From Acidimicrobiales bacterium (lineage in GTDB: Bacteria; Actinomycetota; Acidimicrobiia; Acidimicrobiales; Aldehydirespiratoraceae): a stretch of 64,000 nt of DNA. The stretch lies in contig OZ244029.1 of NCBI GenBank assembly GCA_965214945.1, positions 1,356,868 through 1,420,867 of the forward strand. The letters are read 5' to 3'. The position numbers were made by a program, and so were the translations under genes. The notes below the pieces were generated by a model. It was not told the origin of the DNA and did no database searches. It saw only the letters and a list, made by a program, of their open reading frames with translations. Shown here one piece after another: positions 45,691 through 55,064 of this stretch (position 1 is its first letter; every line of letters begins with the position of its first letter).

Positions 45691-47430
45691 TCAGCCGTCG
45701 GAGTCTTCGGTCGTGCCCTCGTCGGTCGTGGTGCCATCTATGTCGCCATCGTCTGGGGCGTCTGTTGTCTTGTTGACAGCGGCAGCTCTCGGGTGCAGGT
45801 TGGGGTCGTTAGCGGAGGGCCCGTACGGGTGGCCGGCGGCAGCGTCGATCAGCGACTGCGTCAATACGTCGCATGGCCCGGCCGCGGCACCGGCGTCGGG
45901 CCAGTTGGCGATCATCGCGAAAGTGATCACGTCGCCGTTAGGAGCCTCGGACACCCCGGCCAGGCCGGAAGCGTTGTTGCCGGAAGCGTTGTTGAGAGCG
46001 CCGCTCATGGCCCGCACAACCCCTCCGGCGGGTAACACATCGGAGCTAAGAGCGCCCGGTGAGCAGCCACTAAGCGTTCCGCCTGAGCCGACGACGGCCA
46101 GCGACTCCACCAGAGCTGAGCCGGGCCCGGTCTGATGCAGCAGCTCGGCGACGATGCGGCAGGTCAGCCGGTTGTAGCCCGACAGCCCGGAACCGTCGCC
46201 GACAATCATGCCCTCGAGTTCGGCTGGGGGCAGGTCGAGGAAGCGGTTCAAGACATCCCAGACAGCGAAGAAGGCGAGATCACGACGCGTTCCGATCTCG
46301 GCCTGGTGTCCGACCTCTTTGAACAGCATCTCTGCGGTCGTGTTGTTCGCATGGGCGAGCATGCTTGCAACGATCGCTTGCATATCAGGCGATTCGACGG
46401 CCCCGAGAGACTCTCTCTCACCGGCGGGGGGCGCCGCACCCTTGCCAGTGCGGTTGCGGATAATGAAACCGCGCTCCTCCAACAAGTCGTCGAAGAGTTC
46501 CACGGCCTGCCGGGCGGGGTCGTCCGCCCTGACGCTGTCATTGAGTCCCGAGCCTTCAGCAGTATCTGAGAAGGACCTGTAGCCCTCGTTGACCAGAAGG
46601 GCGGACAGAGGCCCGACCTGGTTCTCGGCCGTGACAGCCGGCGCCCAAATCGGGGCTGCGTCCTCGCTCGGGCGGGCCTGTGTGTAGTCGCGCTCCTCGT
46701 CGGGATAGCGGGACTCGTCGGCCACAACCGAGCCCCTGATCGTGGTGATGCCACGCTCAGTGAGAGCAGCGGCCACCGCTTCTGCGAGTTCGGTGATGTC
46801 GGTGTGGGGCCTCGGATCGGAGTAGCGCGACATGTACTGCGGAGTGGACAGAACCGGGTCTCCCCCGCCCACTAGGTAGATGTCGCCGGTCAGCACTCCG
46901 TTGGCGGCCGACTCCAAGGCGTCGGCGCGAGCGAACACCTCGGTGGTGAAGGTTGCGGTCGGGCCGGCTCGCTCCAGAATGGCGACCGCCGTGACGAGCT
47001 TCATCAGCGATTCCGGCACCAGCAGCTCAGAGGCGCGCTCCTCGACTATCCGCTTGCCTTTGCGATAGGCCACCAGGCAGGCTCGATCCGGCACCTCTGG
47101 GTGGTCTATGGCGGCTCGGAGTCGCTCGACCAGCCGGGCATCGCTCACCGGGCCTGAGAGCCACCCAGGTGTGCGGCGAACGCTCAGCAGCGGAGTATCG
47201 ACTACCGCTGCGGGCGGCCCCGTATCCACTGCCCATTGCGGGTGGGCTGACTTATCCAGGCGCTGGGCCTGCCAGTACGCCACTAACACCACGGCCAGCA
47301 GGCCGACGAGCAGCACCAGTACCAACACCCGGCGGATCACACCAGCATCGTAGGCCATAAGGGGCACCAGGCCGTGCCAGCGAACGAGAAACCGGCTGCG
47401 ATCCCAATCGCGCGGCAGAGCTGGCCGCAT
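45691..47430 (-). CDS. dacB: D-alanyl-D-alanine carboxypeptidase/endopeptidase (PBP4, peptidase S13)
   Basis: 579 aa. N-terminal TM/signal segment, SxxK box PESLMKLVT, and overall PBP4-like length. C-terminal acidic tail. Confidence 0.82.
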   Translation of the reverse strand: MRPALPRDWDRSRFLVRWHGLVPLMAYDAGVIRRVLVLVLLVGLLAVVLVAYWQAQRLDKSAHPQWAVDTGPPAAVVDTPLLSVRRTPGWLSGPVSDARLVERLRAAIDHPEVPDRACLVAYRKGKRIVEERASELLVPESLMKLVTAVAILERAGPTATFTTEVFARADALESAANGVLTGDIYLVGGGDPVLSTPQYMSRYSDPRPHTDITELAEAVAAALTERGITTIRGSVVADESRYPDEERDYTQARPSEDAAPIWAPAVTAENQVGPLSALLVNEGYRSFSDTAEGSGLNDSVRADDPARQAVELFDDLLEERGFIIRNRTGKGAAPPAGERESLGAVESPDMQAIVASMLAHANNTTAEMLFKEVGHQAEIGTRRDLAFFAVWDVLNRFLDLPPAELEGMIVGDGSGLSGYNRLTCRIVAELLHQTGPGSALVESLAVVGSGGTLSGCSPGALSSDVLPAGGVVRAMSGALNNASGNNASGLAGVSEAPNGDVITFAMIANWPDAGAAAGPCDVLTQSLIDAAAGHPYGPSANDPNLHPRAAAVNKTTDAPDDGDIDGTTTDEGTTEDSDG

Positions 47431-47482
47431 AAGAGCGAAGCGCGAACACCGGCGCGACGCGGCCCGCGGCTAGGGTCACGCA

Positions 47483-47866
47483 ATGGACATAGTGGCCGCC
47501 TTATTCATCGATGACATCGAGCTTCGCCCCGCGCCCGGACCCTCCACCCGCATCGACCTCACGGGTGTCCACTTCTCGGCCGCCGCGCCGAGCGTTGTCC
47601 CGCTGACGGTCGCTCCGCACCTAGTGGTGATCGTTCGCTGCGCCGAGGGCGAATCGGGCTTCGGCGCGCTGGAGGTTGTCTATCAGCGCGGCGCCGACCA
47701 AGTGGCCCGCAACGTTCAGCCGCTGCAGGTGGAGCCGGGAAAGTTCAACTACCGGCTTGTGCGGGCCGAACTCGACTTTGACGACTACGGCACGGTCGAG
47801 GCGCGGGCGCGCATCGACGCCGGACCGGTGACGGTCGTGCCTTATACCCTGCTGCCGCCCGCCTGA
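47483..47866 (+). CDS. hypothetical protein
   Basis: 127-aa ORF with coding-like composition and no recognisable motif. Confidence 0.5.
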   Translation: MDIVAALFIDDIELRPAPGPSTRIDLTGVHFSAAAPSVVPLTVAPHLVVIVRCAEGESGFGALEVVYQRGADQVARNVQPLQVEPGKFNYRLVRAELDFDDYGTVEARARIDAGPVTVVPYTLLPPA

Positions 47867-47922
47867 ATCCCGCGGCTGATACGAGCGGTATCGTGGCCGC
47901 GGGTGACCGGGCGGAGGCGAGG

Positions 47923-49926
47923 ATGAACACTGAACTGGAGCGGCTCGGGATCAGCGTGATCCGGGCTCTCGCTATGGACGCCCCCCACGCGGCCCGCTCC
48001 GGACATCAGGGCACCGCCATGGCCCTGGCGCCGCTTGCGCACGTGCTGTGGACTCGCGTGATGCGCTACGACGCGCGGCATCCCGAATGGCCCGACCGTG
48101 ACCGCTTCGTGCTGTCCGCAGGACACGCGTCGATACTCCAGTACGCGATGCTGTACCTCACCGGCTACGGCCTCTGTCTGCAGGATTTGCGCGATTTCCG
48201 ACAGTGGGGCTCGCTCACGCCTGGCCATCCCGAAGCGGGCCACACACCCGGAGTGGAGGTGACCACCGGGCCCCTGGGCCAGGGCTTGGCTAATGCTGTG
48301 GGAATGGCGATCGCCGAGGCGCAGCTGCGCGGGCGCTTCGGTGCCGGTGTGTGCGACCACCGCGTGTTCGCCATCGCCAGCGACGGCGACCTGGCCGAAG
48401 GCGTGAGCCACGAGGCTGCCTCACTCGCCGGTCATCAGCGCCTCGGACGGCTGGTCGTCTGCTACGACGACAACCGCATCACCATCGACGGAAGCACGGA
48501 TCTGTCGATGTCCGACGACACTGCGGGTCGCTTCCGGTCCTACGGATGGCATGTGGAAGAGCTGGCGTGCGAGCCCGACGACCTCGACGGGCTGGAGGCC
48601 GGGCTAAAGCGCGCTATCGCAGTCGCAGACCGGCCGTCACTGGTGATGATCCGAACCGTAATCGGCGTTCCCGCACCCCGTACCGCAGGCACGTCCGCAG
48701 CCCATGGCTATGCGATCTTCGATTCTGAGATCGCTGCCACCAAGTCGGCGATGGGACTGCCGGCCGACGAGACCTTCCACGTGCCGGACGAGATCGTCTG
48801 CGCCTATCGGGCGGCAGGACGTGCCGGCCGCAATGACAGATGGGCGTGGCAGGCCCGCGTGGACGCATTCGACGGAGACCGCGCCGAGTTCGAGGCCTGC
48901 CTCGCGGCTGCGGGCACCCCCGGATGGGATCAGACGCTGCCGTCTTGGGCGCCCGGAGAGCACGTGGCCACCAGAAAGGCCTCGCATGCTGCGCTGCAGT
49001 CGTTGGCTGAGACAGTGCCCGCCGTCTTCACGGGAAGCGCGGACTTGACCGGCAGCAATGGAACGGACATCGTCTCAGCGGGGTTTGGCGGAGTGTTCTC
49101 CGCCGCGAACCGTTCGGGGCGCCAGATCTACTTCGGGGTGCGAGAGCACGCCATGGGCGCGATCGCCAACGGCATGGCACTGCACGGCGGCGCGCTTCCG
49201 GTCGTGGGGACGTTCCTGGTGTTCTCCGACTACATGCGCCCGGCAGTCCGGCTGGCGGCTCTGTCGCAGGCGAAAGTGATTTTCGTCTGGACCCACGACT
49301 CGGTCGGGGTCGGCGAGGACGGGCCAACGCATCAGCCGGTGGAGCAGATCGCGTCGCTGCGAGCGATGCCCGGCCTGAGGGTGATAAGGCCCGCCGACGC
49401 CAACGAGACCGTCGGCGCCTGGAGCGTGGCGATCGCGTCCGACGGGCCAACTGCGCTGATGCTGACGCGCCAGAAGGCGCCTGTCCTCGCGGGCACCAGC
49501 GCTTCGGCGGTTGCCGCCGGTGGTTACGCGCTGAGCGATTCTTCCGACGCCCGAATCACGCTCGTGGGCACCGGCAGCGAAGTGTCGGTGTGCTGCGACG
49601 CTGCGGCGCTGCTCGCAGAGCGTCACGGCGTGGCCGCGCGCGTGGTGTCGCTGCCCTCGTGGGAGCTTTTTACCGAGCAGGACCGCCGCGCCCGCCGCGA
49701 TGTGATGCGTCCGGACCTGCCCTCGCTGGCGGTGGAGGCTGCGAGCACACAGGGCTGGCGACGCTGGGTGGATGAAGCCGTCGGCATCGACCGCTTCGGG
49801 GCGTCCGCGCCCGGCGCCGTGGTGATGGAACGCCTCGGGATCAACCCCGGCAACGTCACCGGGCGTGCGCTCGCGTTGCTCGACCGCAGTTCCGCACACC
49901 ATCAGCAGGTGAGAAAACGACCATGA
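47923..49926 (+). CDS. tkt: transketolase
   Basis: SGHQGTAMALAP, TPGHPE, and ThDP motif ASDGDLAEGVSHEA. The ORF is open from 47893. Confidence 0.95.
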   Translation: MNTELERLGISVIRALAMDAPHAARSGHQGTAMALAPLAHVLWTRVMRYDARHPEWPDRDRFVLSAGHASILQYAMLYLTGYGLCLQDLRDFRQWGSLTPGHPEAGHTPGVEVTTGPLGQGLANAVGMAIAEAQLRGRFGAGVCDHRVFAIASDGDLAEGVSHEAASLAGHQRLGRLVVCYDDNRITIDGSTDLSMSDDTAGRFRSYGWHVEELACEPDDLDGLEAGLKRAIAVADRPSLVMIRTVIGVPAPRTAGTSAAHGYAIFDSEIAATKSAMGLPADETFHVPDEIVCAYRAAGRAGRNDRWAWQARVDAFDGDRAEFEACLAAAGTPGWDQTLPSWAPGEHVATRKASHAALQSLAETVPAVFTGSADLTGSNGTDIVSAGFGGVFSAANRSGRQIYFGVREHAMGAIANGMALHGGALPVVGTFLVFSDYMRPAVRLAALSQAKVIFVWTHDSVGVGEDGPTHQPVEQIASLRAMPGLRVIRPADANETVGAWSVAIASDGPTALMLTRQKAPVLAGTSASAVAAGGYALSDSSDARITLVGTGSEVSVCCDAAALLAERHGVAARVVSLPSWELFTEQDRRARRDVMRPDLPSLAVEAASTQGWRRWVDEAVGIDRFGASAPGAVVMERLGINPGNVTGRALALLDRSSAHHQQVRKRP

Positions 49927-51020
49927 CCCGACTTCACGACCTTTACCACATCCACGGCCAGAGCCCCTGGCTCGACAACATCCGCCGGGGCTGGATCACC
50001 GGTGGGGAGTTGCAGCGCTGGATCGACCGCGGCGTTCGGGGGCTCACATCCAATCCCTCGATCTTCCAGACGGCGATCTCAAGCAGCGACGACTACGACA
50101 GCGAGTTCCGACAGGCGGTTGCCGATGGGCTCGACGTGCGCGACTGCTATTGGCGTCTGGTCACATCCGACATCGCCGCTGCCTCCGGGCTGTTGCGGGG
50201 CGTCTATGACCGCTCCGCAGGGCTTGACGGCTTCGCTTCCGTGGAGGTGTCGCCCGAGTTGGCTCGCGACAGCTCCGCTACCGCGAGAGCCGCAAGAGAC
50301 CTGCATGAAAGGATCCAGGCGCCCAACCTTTATGTGAAGATACCCGGCACCGCTGAGGGTCTCCCGGCGATTAGCGAGATGATAGCTGAGAAGCGCAGCA
50401 TAAATGTCACGTTGATCTTCAGTGTTGAGCGTTACGTCGAAGTTGCTGAGGCCTATCTTGCCGGGCTAGAGAGTGCCGAGGGCGATCTCAGCGAGGTCTC
50501 GAGCGTGGCTTCATTCTTCGTGTCGCGGATTGACACCGAGGTCGACAGGCGCCTTGAGGCGATCGGCACACCCGACGCTCTCGCCTTGCGGGGCAAAGCG
50601 GCGATCGCATGCGCCAAAGCAGCTTACGGCCATTTCTTGCAGATCTTCGAAGGCCCACGCTGGGATGCGCTCGAGGCCCGCGGCGCCCGCCCCCAGCGGC
50701 TGCTCTGGGCAAGCACGTCCACAAAGAACCCCGCATACCCCGACACGCTGTACGTCGATGAGCTGATCGGCCCCGGCACGGTGAACACGCTCCCGGAGGC
50801 CACGCTTGAGGCTTTCGAAGATCACGGCGCGGCCTCGGCCACTTTGGCCCGCAGCCCTGACGAGGCCCTGCGCGTACTCGACTCGTTGGTCGCCGCAGGC
50901 GTGGACATGTCCGACGTTGCCCAGCAGCTCACCGAGGCGGGTGTTGCCTCCTTCACCAAGAGCTTCGACGAGCTGCTGAGCGCATTAACCGACAAGGCAC
51001 GCGGCCTGTCCGGCCGCTAA
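49923..51020 (+). CDS. tal: transaldolase (long actinobacterial type)
   Basis: GQSPWLDNIRR, YVKIPGT and SINVTLIFS. The start overlaps the tkt stop. Confidence 0.93.
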   Translation: MTRLHDLYHIHGQSPWLDNIRRGWITGGELQRWIDRGVRGLTSNPSIFQTAISSSDDYDSEFRQAVADGLDVRDCYWRLVTSDIAAASGLLRGVYDRSAGLDGFASVEVSPELARDSSATARAARDLHERIQAPNLYVKIPGTAEGLPAISEMIAEKRSINVTLIFSVERYVEVAEAYLAGLESAEGDLSEVSSVASFFVSRIDTEVDRRLEAIGTPDALALRGKAAIACAKAAYGHFLQIFEGPRWDALEARGARPQRLLWASTSTKNPAYPDTLYVDELIGPGTVNTLPEATLEAFEDHGAASATLARSPDEALRVLDSLVAAGVDMSDVAQQLTEAGVASFTKSFDELLSALTDKARGLSGR

Positions 51021-51050
51021 CGCGGCTCCTAGCTCGGCTCGCGGACCCGG

Positions 51051-52031
51051 TTGTCGCGAGTCCTGAGGCGCTTGTCGCTCCGTGACTCCGCGGTGACGGG
51101 CCTGCGCACGCAACCGCTGGCGGCTCCCCGTGCGCATCTTGGGCGTCTGCAGCAGCTCGAGTCTGAGGGCATCCACATCATCCGCGAGGCGGCGGCGCAG
51201 TTCGACAAGCCGGTGATGCTGTACTCTGTGGGTAAGGACAGCTCAGTGCTCGTGCACTTGGCGCGCAAGGCGTTCTATCCCGGCGGCATTCCGTTCCCGC
51301 TGCTGCACATCGACACGACCTGGAAGTTCCGAGAGCTAATTGAGTTTCGCGATCGAGCGGCGGCGGAGATCGGCTTCGAACTCATCGTACACATCAATCA
51401 GGAGGGGCTAACGAAGGGTGTCAACCCCTTCGACCAAGGCAGCCGGCACTACACCGATGTGATGAAGACTCAGGCGCTGCGCCAGGCGCTCGATGACGGC
51501 CGATGGGACGGGGTGCTGTGCGGCTCACGCCGCGACGAAGAGCCATCGCGTGCTAAGGAGCGGATCTTCAGCTTCCGAGACCGCCTGCATCGCTGGGCGC
51601 CGAGGAATCAGCGGCCCGAAATGTGGAATCACTTCAACGGGCGCATCGATGCCGGCGAGGAAATGCGCGTCTTTCCGCTGAGCAACTGGGCCGAGATAGA
51701 CGTCTGGCAGTACATCGCTTCTGAAAGGATCCCGATAGTGCCGCTGTATCTGGCCGCGCCGCGGCCGGTTGTGGAGCGCGACGGACACCTTCTGATGGTG
51801 GACGATGACAGGTTCCGTCTCAACTCGGGTGAAACGGCGCGGACACGAAGCGTCCGGTTCCGCACTCTGGGGTGCTATCCGCTGACGGGCGCTGTCGCGT
51901 CGCGGGCTGCGACGCTGCACGAGGTGATAGCTGAGACCGCCGCAGCCACCCGCTCAGAACGCGAGACGAGAGTGATCGACCAGGATCAGTCGGCCTCGAT
52001 GGAGAGAAAAAAGCGCGAAGGCTATTTCTGA
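51051..52031 (+). CDS. cysD: sulfate adenylyltransferase subunit 2
   Basis: [40 protein letters not shown]...[13 protein letters not shown]. Start codon uncertain (TTG 51051 or GTG 51093). Confidence 0.93.
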   Translation: MSRVLRRLSLRDSAVTGLRTQPLAAPRAHLGRLQQLESEGIHIIREAAAQFDKPVMLYSVGKDSSVLVHLARKAFYPGGIPFPLLHIDTTWKFRELIEFRDRAAAEIGFELIVHINQEGLTKGVNPFDQGSRHYTDVMKTQALRQALDDGRWDGVLCGSRRDEEPSRAKERIFSFRDRLHRWAPRNQRPEMWNHFNGRIDAGEEMRVFPLSNWAEIDVWQYIASERIPIVPLYLAAPRPVVERDGHLLMVDDDRFRLNSGETARTRSVRFRTLGCYPLTGAVASRAATLHEVIAETAAATRSERETRVIDQDQSASMERKKREGYF

Positions 52032-54001
52032 TGCCGGCTCAGGCGCCGACGACACGAGCAGACAGCGGCGACGACCTGCTCAGGGTGGTGGTGTGCGGAT
52101 CGGTCGATGACGGCAAGTCGACCCTCATCGGGCGCCTGCTCCACGACTGCGGAGGGCTCACCACCGATCAGCTCGAAGCGGTGCGCAGGGATTCGGCAGA
52201 CGTCGGCCACGCGGGCGATCAGATCGATCTGGCGCTACTCACCGACGGCTTGGAGGCCGAGCGTGAACAGGGCATCACCATCGATGTCGCCTACCGACAT
52301 CTGCGTACGCAGCGGCGCGGCCTTGTGATAGCCGACGTGCCCGGGCACGAGCAGTACACCCGCAACATGGTGAGCGGAGCATCCGACGCTGAGCTGGCAG
52401 TGCTGGTATTGGACGTCGTCCGAGGCGTGACCACCCAGACGCGTCGGCACGCGGGCATAGCGGCCCTGCTGGGCATCGCCTCGACGGTGATCGCTGTGAA
52501 CAAGATGGATCTCATCTGCTGGGACCGAGGGCGCTTCGAAGTGATCGCCGGACAGGCCTACGAACTGGCAGCAAGGCTCGGCCTAGACGAGCCTGCGGTG
52601 ATTCCGATGTCAGCCCTGTGCGGGGACGGCGTGGTCGAGCGGGGCGGCAACCTCGAGTGGTACAGCGGTCCGAGTTTGCTGGAACATCTCGAGCAGACGC
52701 CGCCGCGCGCCGCCGCAGCAGGCTGGAGCAGTTCCGCCGCCGCGCTCAGCGAGCGGCTGCGATTCCCGGTGCAGCTCGTGATACGGCCCGATCACCACTT
52801 TCGGGGCTATGCGGGAACGATCTGCGAGGGCGTCTTGCGTGTAGGCGACAAGGTGCTGGTCGAGCCGTTGGGGCGCGCCACAGCGATTGAGCGGATCGTT
52901 ACCTGCGACGGCGACCTGGATGAGGCTGTCTCAGGACAGTCGGTGACCGTCACGGTCTCCGACGAAATCGACATCGCCCGAGGGGATGTGATCATCGACG
53001 CGGGCCACCGGATGATGCGAGCCCGCGACCTGAGCGCCACCGTGGTGTGGATGTCGGACAGCGAGCTTGCATCAGGCCGCGAGTGCCTGCTGCAGCAAGC
53101 TGGGCGCCGTCTGAGATGCCGAATAGCAGAGGTGACCGGCAGACTCGATCTTGGCACTCTGAAGTTTCGACCCACCTCAACTTTGAAGCTCAACGATATA
53201 TCGAGAGTTAGGATAGCTCTAGAATCAGAGTTCGTTCACGATCTCTACGAGGAGAACCGCACCACGGGGTCGTTTATCCTGATCGATCCCAACGACAACT
53301 CAACAACTGCCGCGGGCATGATCACCGCGGAGGCTCGCAATTCCTGGGACATCGTGCCCGAGGCCACGCTGGAACGTCAACCGAGCGCTGTGAGCGCGCT
53401 GGAACGGGCCGCGCGCTTCGGTCAGCGACCCGTCACGGTGCTGTTCACCGGCCTAACCTGCGCCGGCAAGTCGACTCTGGCCACGGCGCTTGAGCGGGCG
53501 CTGTTTGACCGAGGGAAAGCGACCGTGCGCCTTGACGGCGTCAACATCCGCCTGGGCGTAAGCCGCGATTTGGGGTTCACCGCGGACGACCGCTCTGAGA
53601 ATGTGCGGCGCACCGCCGAGTTCGCCCGTCTGGTCAACGATCAGGGGCTGATCGCCATCGCAGCGCTGTTGGCGCCAGACGCTGAGGTGCGTGAACGTGC
53701 TCGGCGTCTCATCGGCGCTGACCGCTTCGCGGAAATCTTCCTCGATCCGCCAGCCGAGGTCTGCCGCTCCCGCGACGCCGCAGGCCTGTACGAAGCAGCC
53801 GACCGGGGTGAGATCCAATCGTTTCCGGGGGTGTCCGTCCCTTACGACAAGCCGCAGGACGCGGATCTGGTGCTCGACACGTCCCGTCTGAGCGTGCGAT
53901 CCTGCACCGACGCGGTGTTGAGCCTGCTTGAGGCGCGGCTGTTCATTCCTGCCGCCGGTTCGGATGCGAGCCCCGGCGCAGCAAGCGGGCGTCCGGCGTG
54001 A
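52031..54001 (+). CDS. cysN: sulfate adenylyltransferase subunit 1 fused to an APS-kinase-like domain
   Basis: GTPase boxes GSVDDGKST, DVPGHEQY and NKMD. The C-terminal ~190 aa is APS-kinase-like but has substituted core motifs. TGATG overlap with cysD. Confidence 0.92.
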   Translation: MPAQAPTTRADSGDDLLRVVVCGSVDDGKSTLIGRLLHDCGGLTTDQLEAVRRDSADVGHAGDQIDLALLTDGLEAEREQGITIDVAYRHLRTQRRGLVIADVPGHEQYTRNMVSGASDAELAVLVLDVVRGVTTQTRRHAGIAALLGIASTVIAVNKMDLICWDRGRFEVIAGQAYELAARLGLDEPAVIPMSALCGDGVVERGGNLEWYSGPSLLEHLEQTPPRAAAAGWSSSAAALSERLRFPVQLVIRPDHHFRGYAGTICEGVLRVGDKVLVEPLGRATAIERIVTCDGDLDEAVSGQSVTVTVSDEIDIARGDVIIDAGHRMMRARDLSATVVWMSDSELASGRECLLQQAGRRLRCRIAEVTGRLDLGTLKFRPTSTLKLNDISRVRIALESEFVHDLYEENRTTGSFILIDPNDNSTTAAGMITAEARNSWDIVPEATLERQPSAVSALERAARFGQRPVTVLFTGLTCAGKSTLATALERALFDRGKATVRLDGVNIRLGVSRDLGFTADDRSENVRRTAEFARLVNDQGLIAIAALLAPDAEVRERARRLIGADRFAEIFLDPPAEVCRSRDAAGLYEAADRGEIQSFPGVSVPYDKPQDADLVLDTSRLSVRSCTDAVLSLLEARLFIPAAGSDASPGAASGRPA

Positions 54002-54648
54002 GTTCGCCCGAAACCGCCTTGCTGGCTCAACAGGGTGTGCTCGCGGGTGCCGGCGGAGTCGCGGCTGGCTTGCTGGGGGCCTCTGGAAGCGTCACATCCG
54101 ATGACCGCGCGCAGATGCTCGGGCACCGCGCCATCACTGTGTGGCTCACGGGACTATCAGGCTCGGGCAAGTCCACGCTGGCTTACGCGGCCGAAGCTGA
54201 ACTCACAGCAGCGGGAGTTCTGGCCTACGTGCTCGACGGCGACAGGCTGCGCACAGGCCTGTGCGCGGATCTCGGGTTCTCAGAACGAGATCGCAGCGAG
54301 AACATACGCCGCGCCGGCGAGGTCTGCGGTCTGTTGAGGGCAGCCGGCGCGGTGGTGTTGGCGTCTTTCATCTCACCGTTCCACCGTGACAGGGCGCTGG
54401 TGCGCGCCACTCATCCCGACGGTTGTTTCGTCGAAGTGTTTGTGGACGCGCCTTTGCATGTGTGTGAGAGCCGCGACCCCAAGGGGCTGTACGCCAAGGC
54501 CAGAGCTGGAGCGATAGCTGACTTCACCGGGATCGGCGCCCGTTACGAGCCGCCCGCCGATCCTGATCTCCACATCGACACGGCCTCCTCAGACGCAGCA
54601 GCCTGCACCGGGGTTGTGGTGGCTGAGGTGATACGTCGCATCCGCTGA
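53998..54648 (+). CDS. cysC: adenylylsulfate (APS) kinase
   Basis: Canonical motifs GLSGSGKST, LDGDRLR, DLGFSERDRSENIRR, FISPF, RDPKGLYAKARAG and FTGI. GTGA overlap with the cysNC stop. Confidence 0.9.
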   Translation: MSSPETALLAQQGVLAGAGGVAAGLLGASGSVTSDDRAQMLGHRAITVWLTGLSGSGKSTLAYAAEAELTAAGVLAYVLDGDRLRTGLCADLGFSERDRSENIRRAGEVCGLLRAAGAVVLASFISPFHRDRALVRATHPDGCFVEVFVDAPLHVCESRDPKGLYAKARAGAIADFTGIGARYEPPADPDLHIDTASSDAAACTGVVVAEVIRRIR

Positions 54649-54764
54649 CCCCCGCTGCCGCACTCGAGCCGCAGCGCCAACCCGCTCAAGTCACACCCAG
54701 GAAACAGCCCGAACACGGGCCATCGCTCGGCTGCGCGGCCTCGCCGAAGCGCCGCGCGGCATCG

Positions 54765-54965
54765 CTAGCGTTGCGGAATGTCCTGCAGGAGTAGGGCGGC
54801 CTTTATGACGGCGCGTCTGGCTCGAGCAAGGAGCCTGTCCTCAGCCGACGGCTTGGTCGCTCCCGCCTCGACCGCTGCCCGCAACCGGTCCAGTGCCAGG
54901 TCGTCGAGTTCCTCAGCTATCGCCTCGAGACGCTGTGAAATATTATGAAACTCCTCTGTAGCCAT
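54765..54965 (-). CDS. small hypothetical helical protein
   Basis: 66 aa from ATG 54965 (MATEEFHNISQRLEAIAEELDDLALDRLRAAVEAG...). The ORF is open to 55010. Confidence 0.4.
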   Translation of the reverse strand: MATEEFHNISQRLEAIAEELDDLALDRLRAAVEAGATKPSAEDRLLARARRAVIKAALLLQDIPQR

Positions 54966-55064
54966 GGATGATACACTAACGCGATCTCGCCCTGAATCAA
55001 GCAGCGGCACCTGTAGCAGCAGGCCTGTCGGCGCACCGCGACCCTGCTTAAGAAAGCGCTGCGC

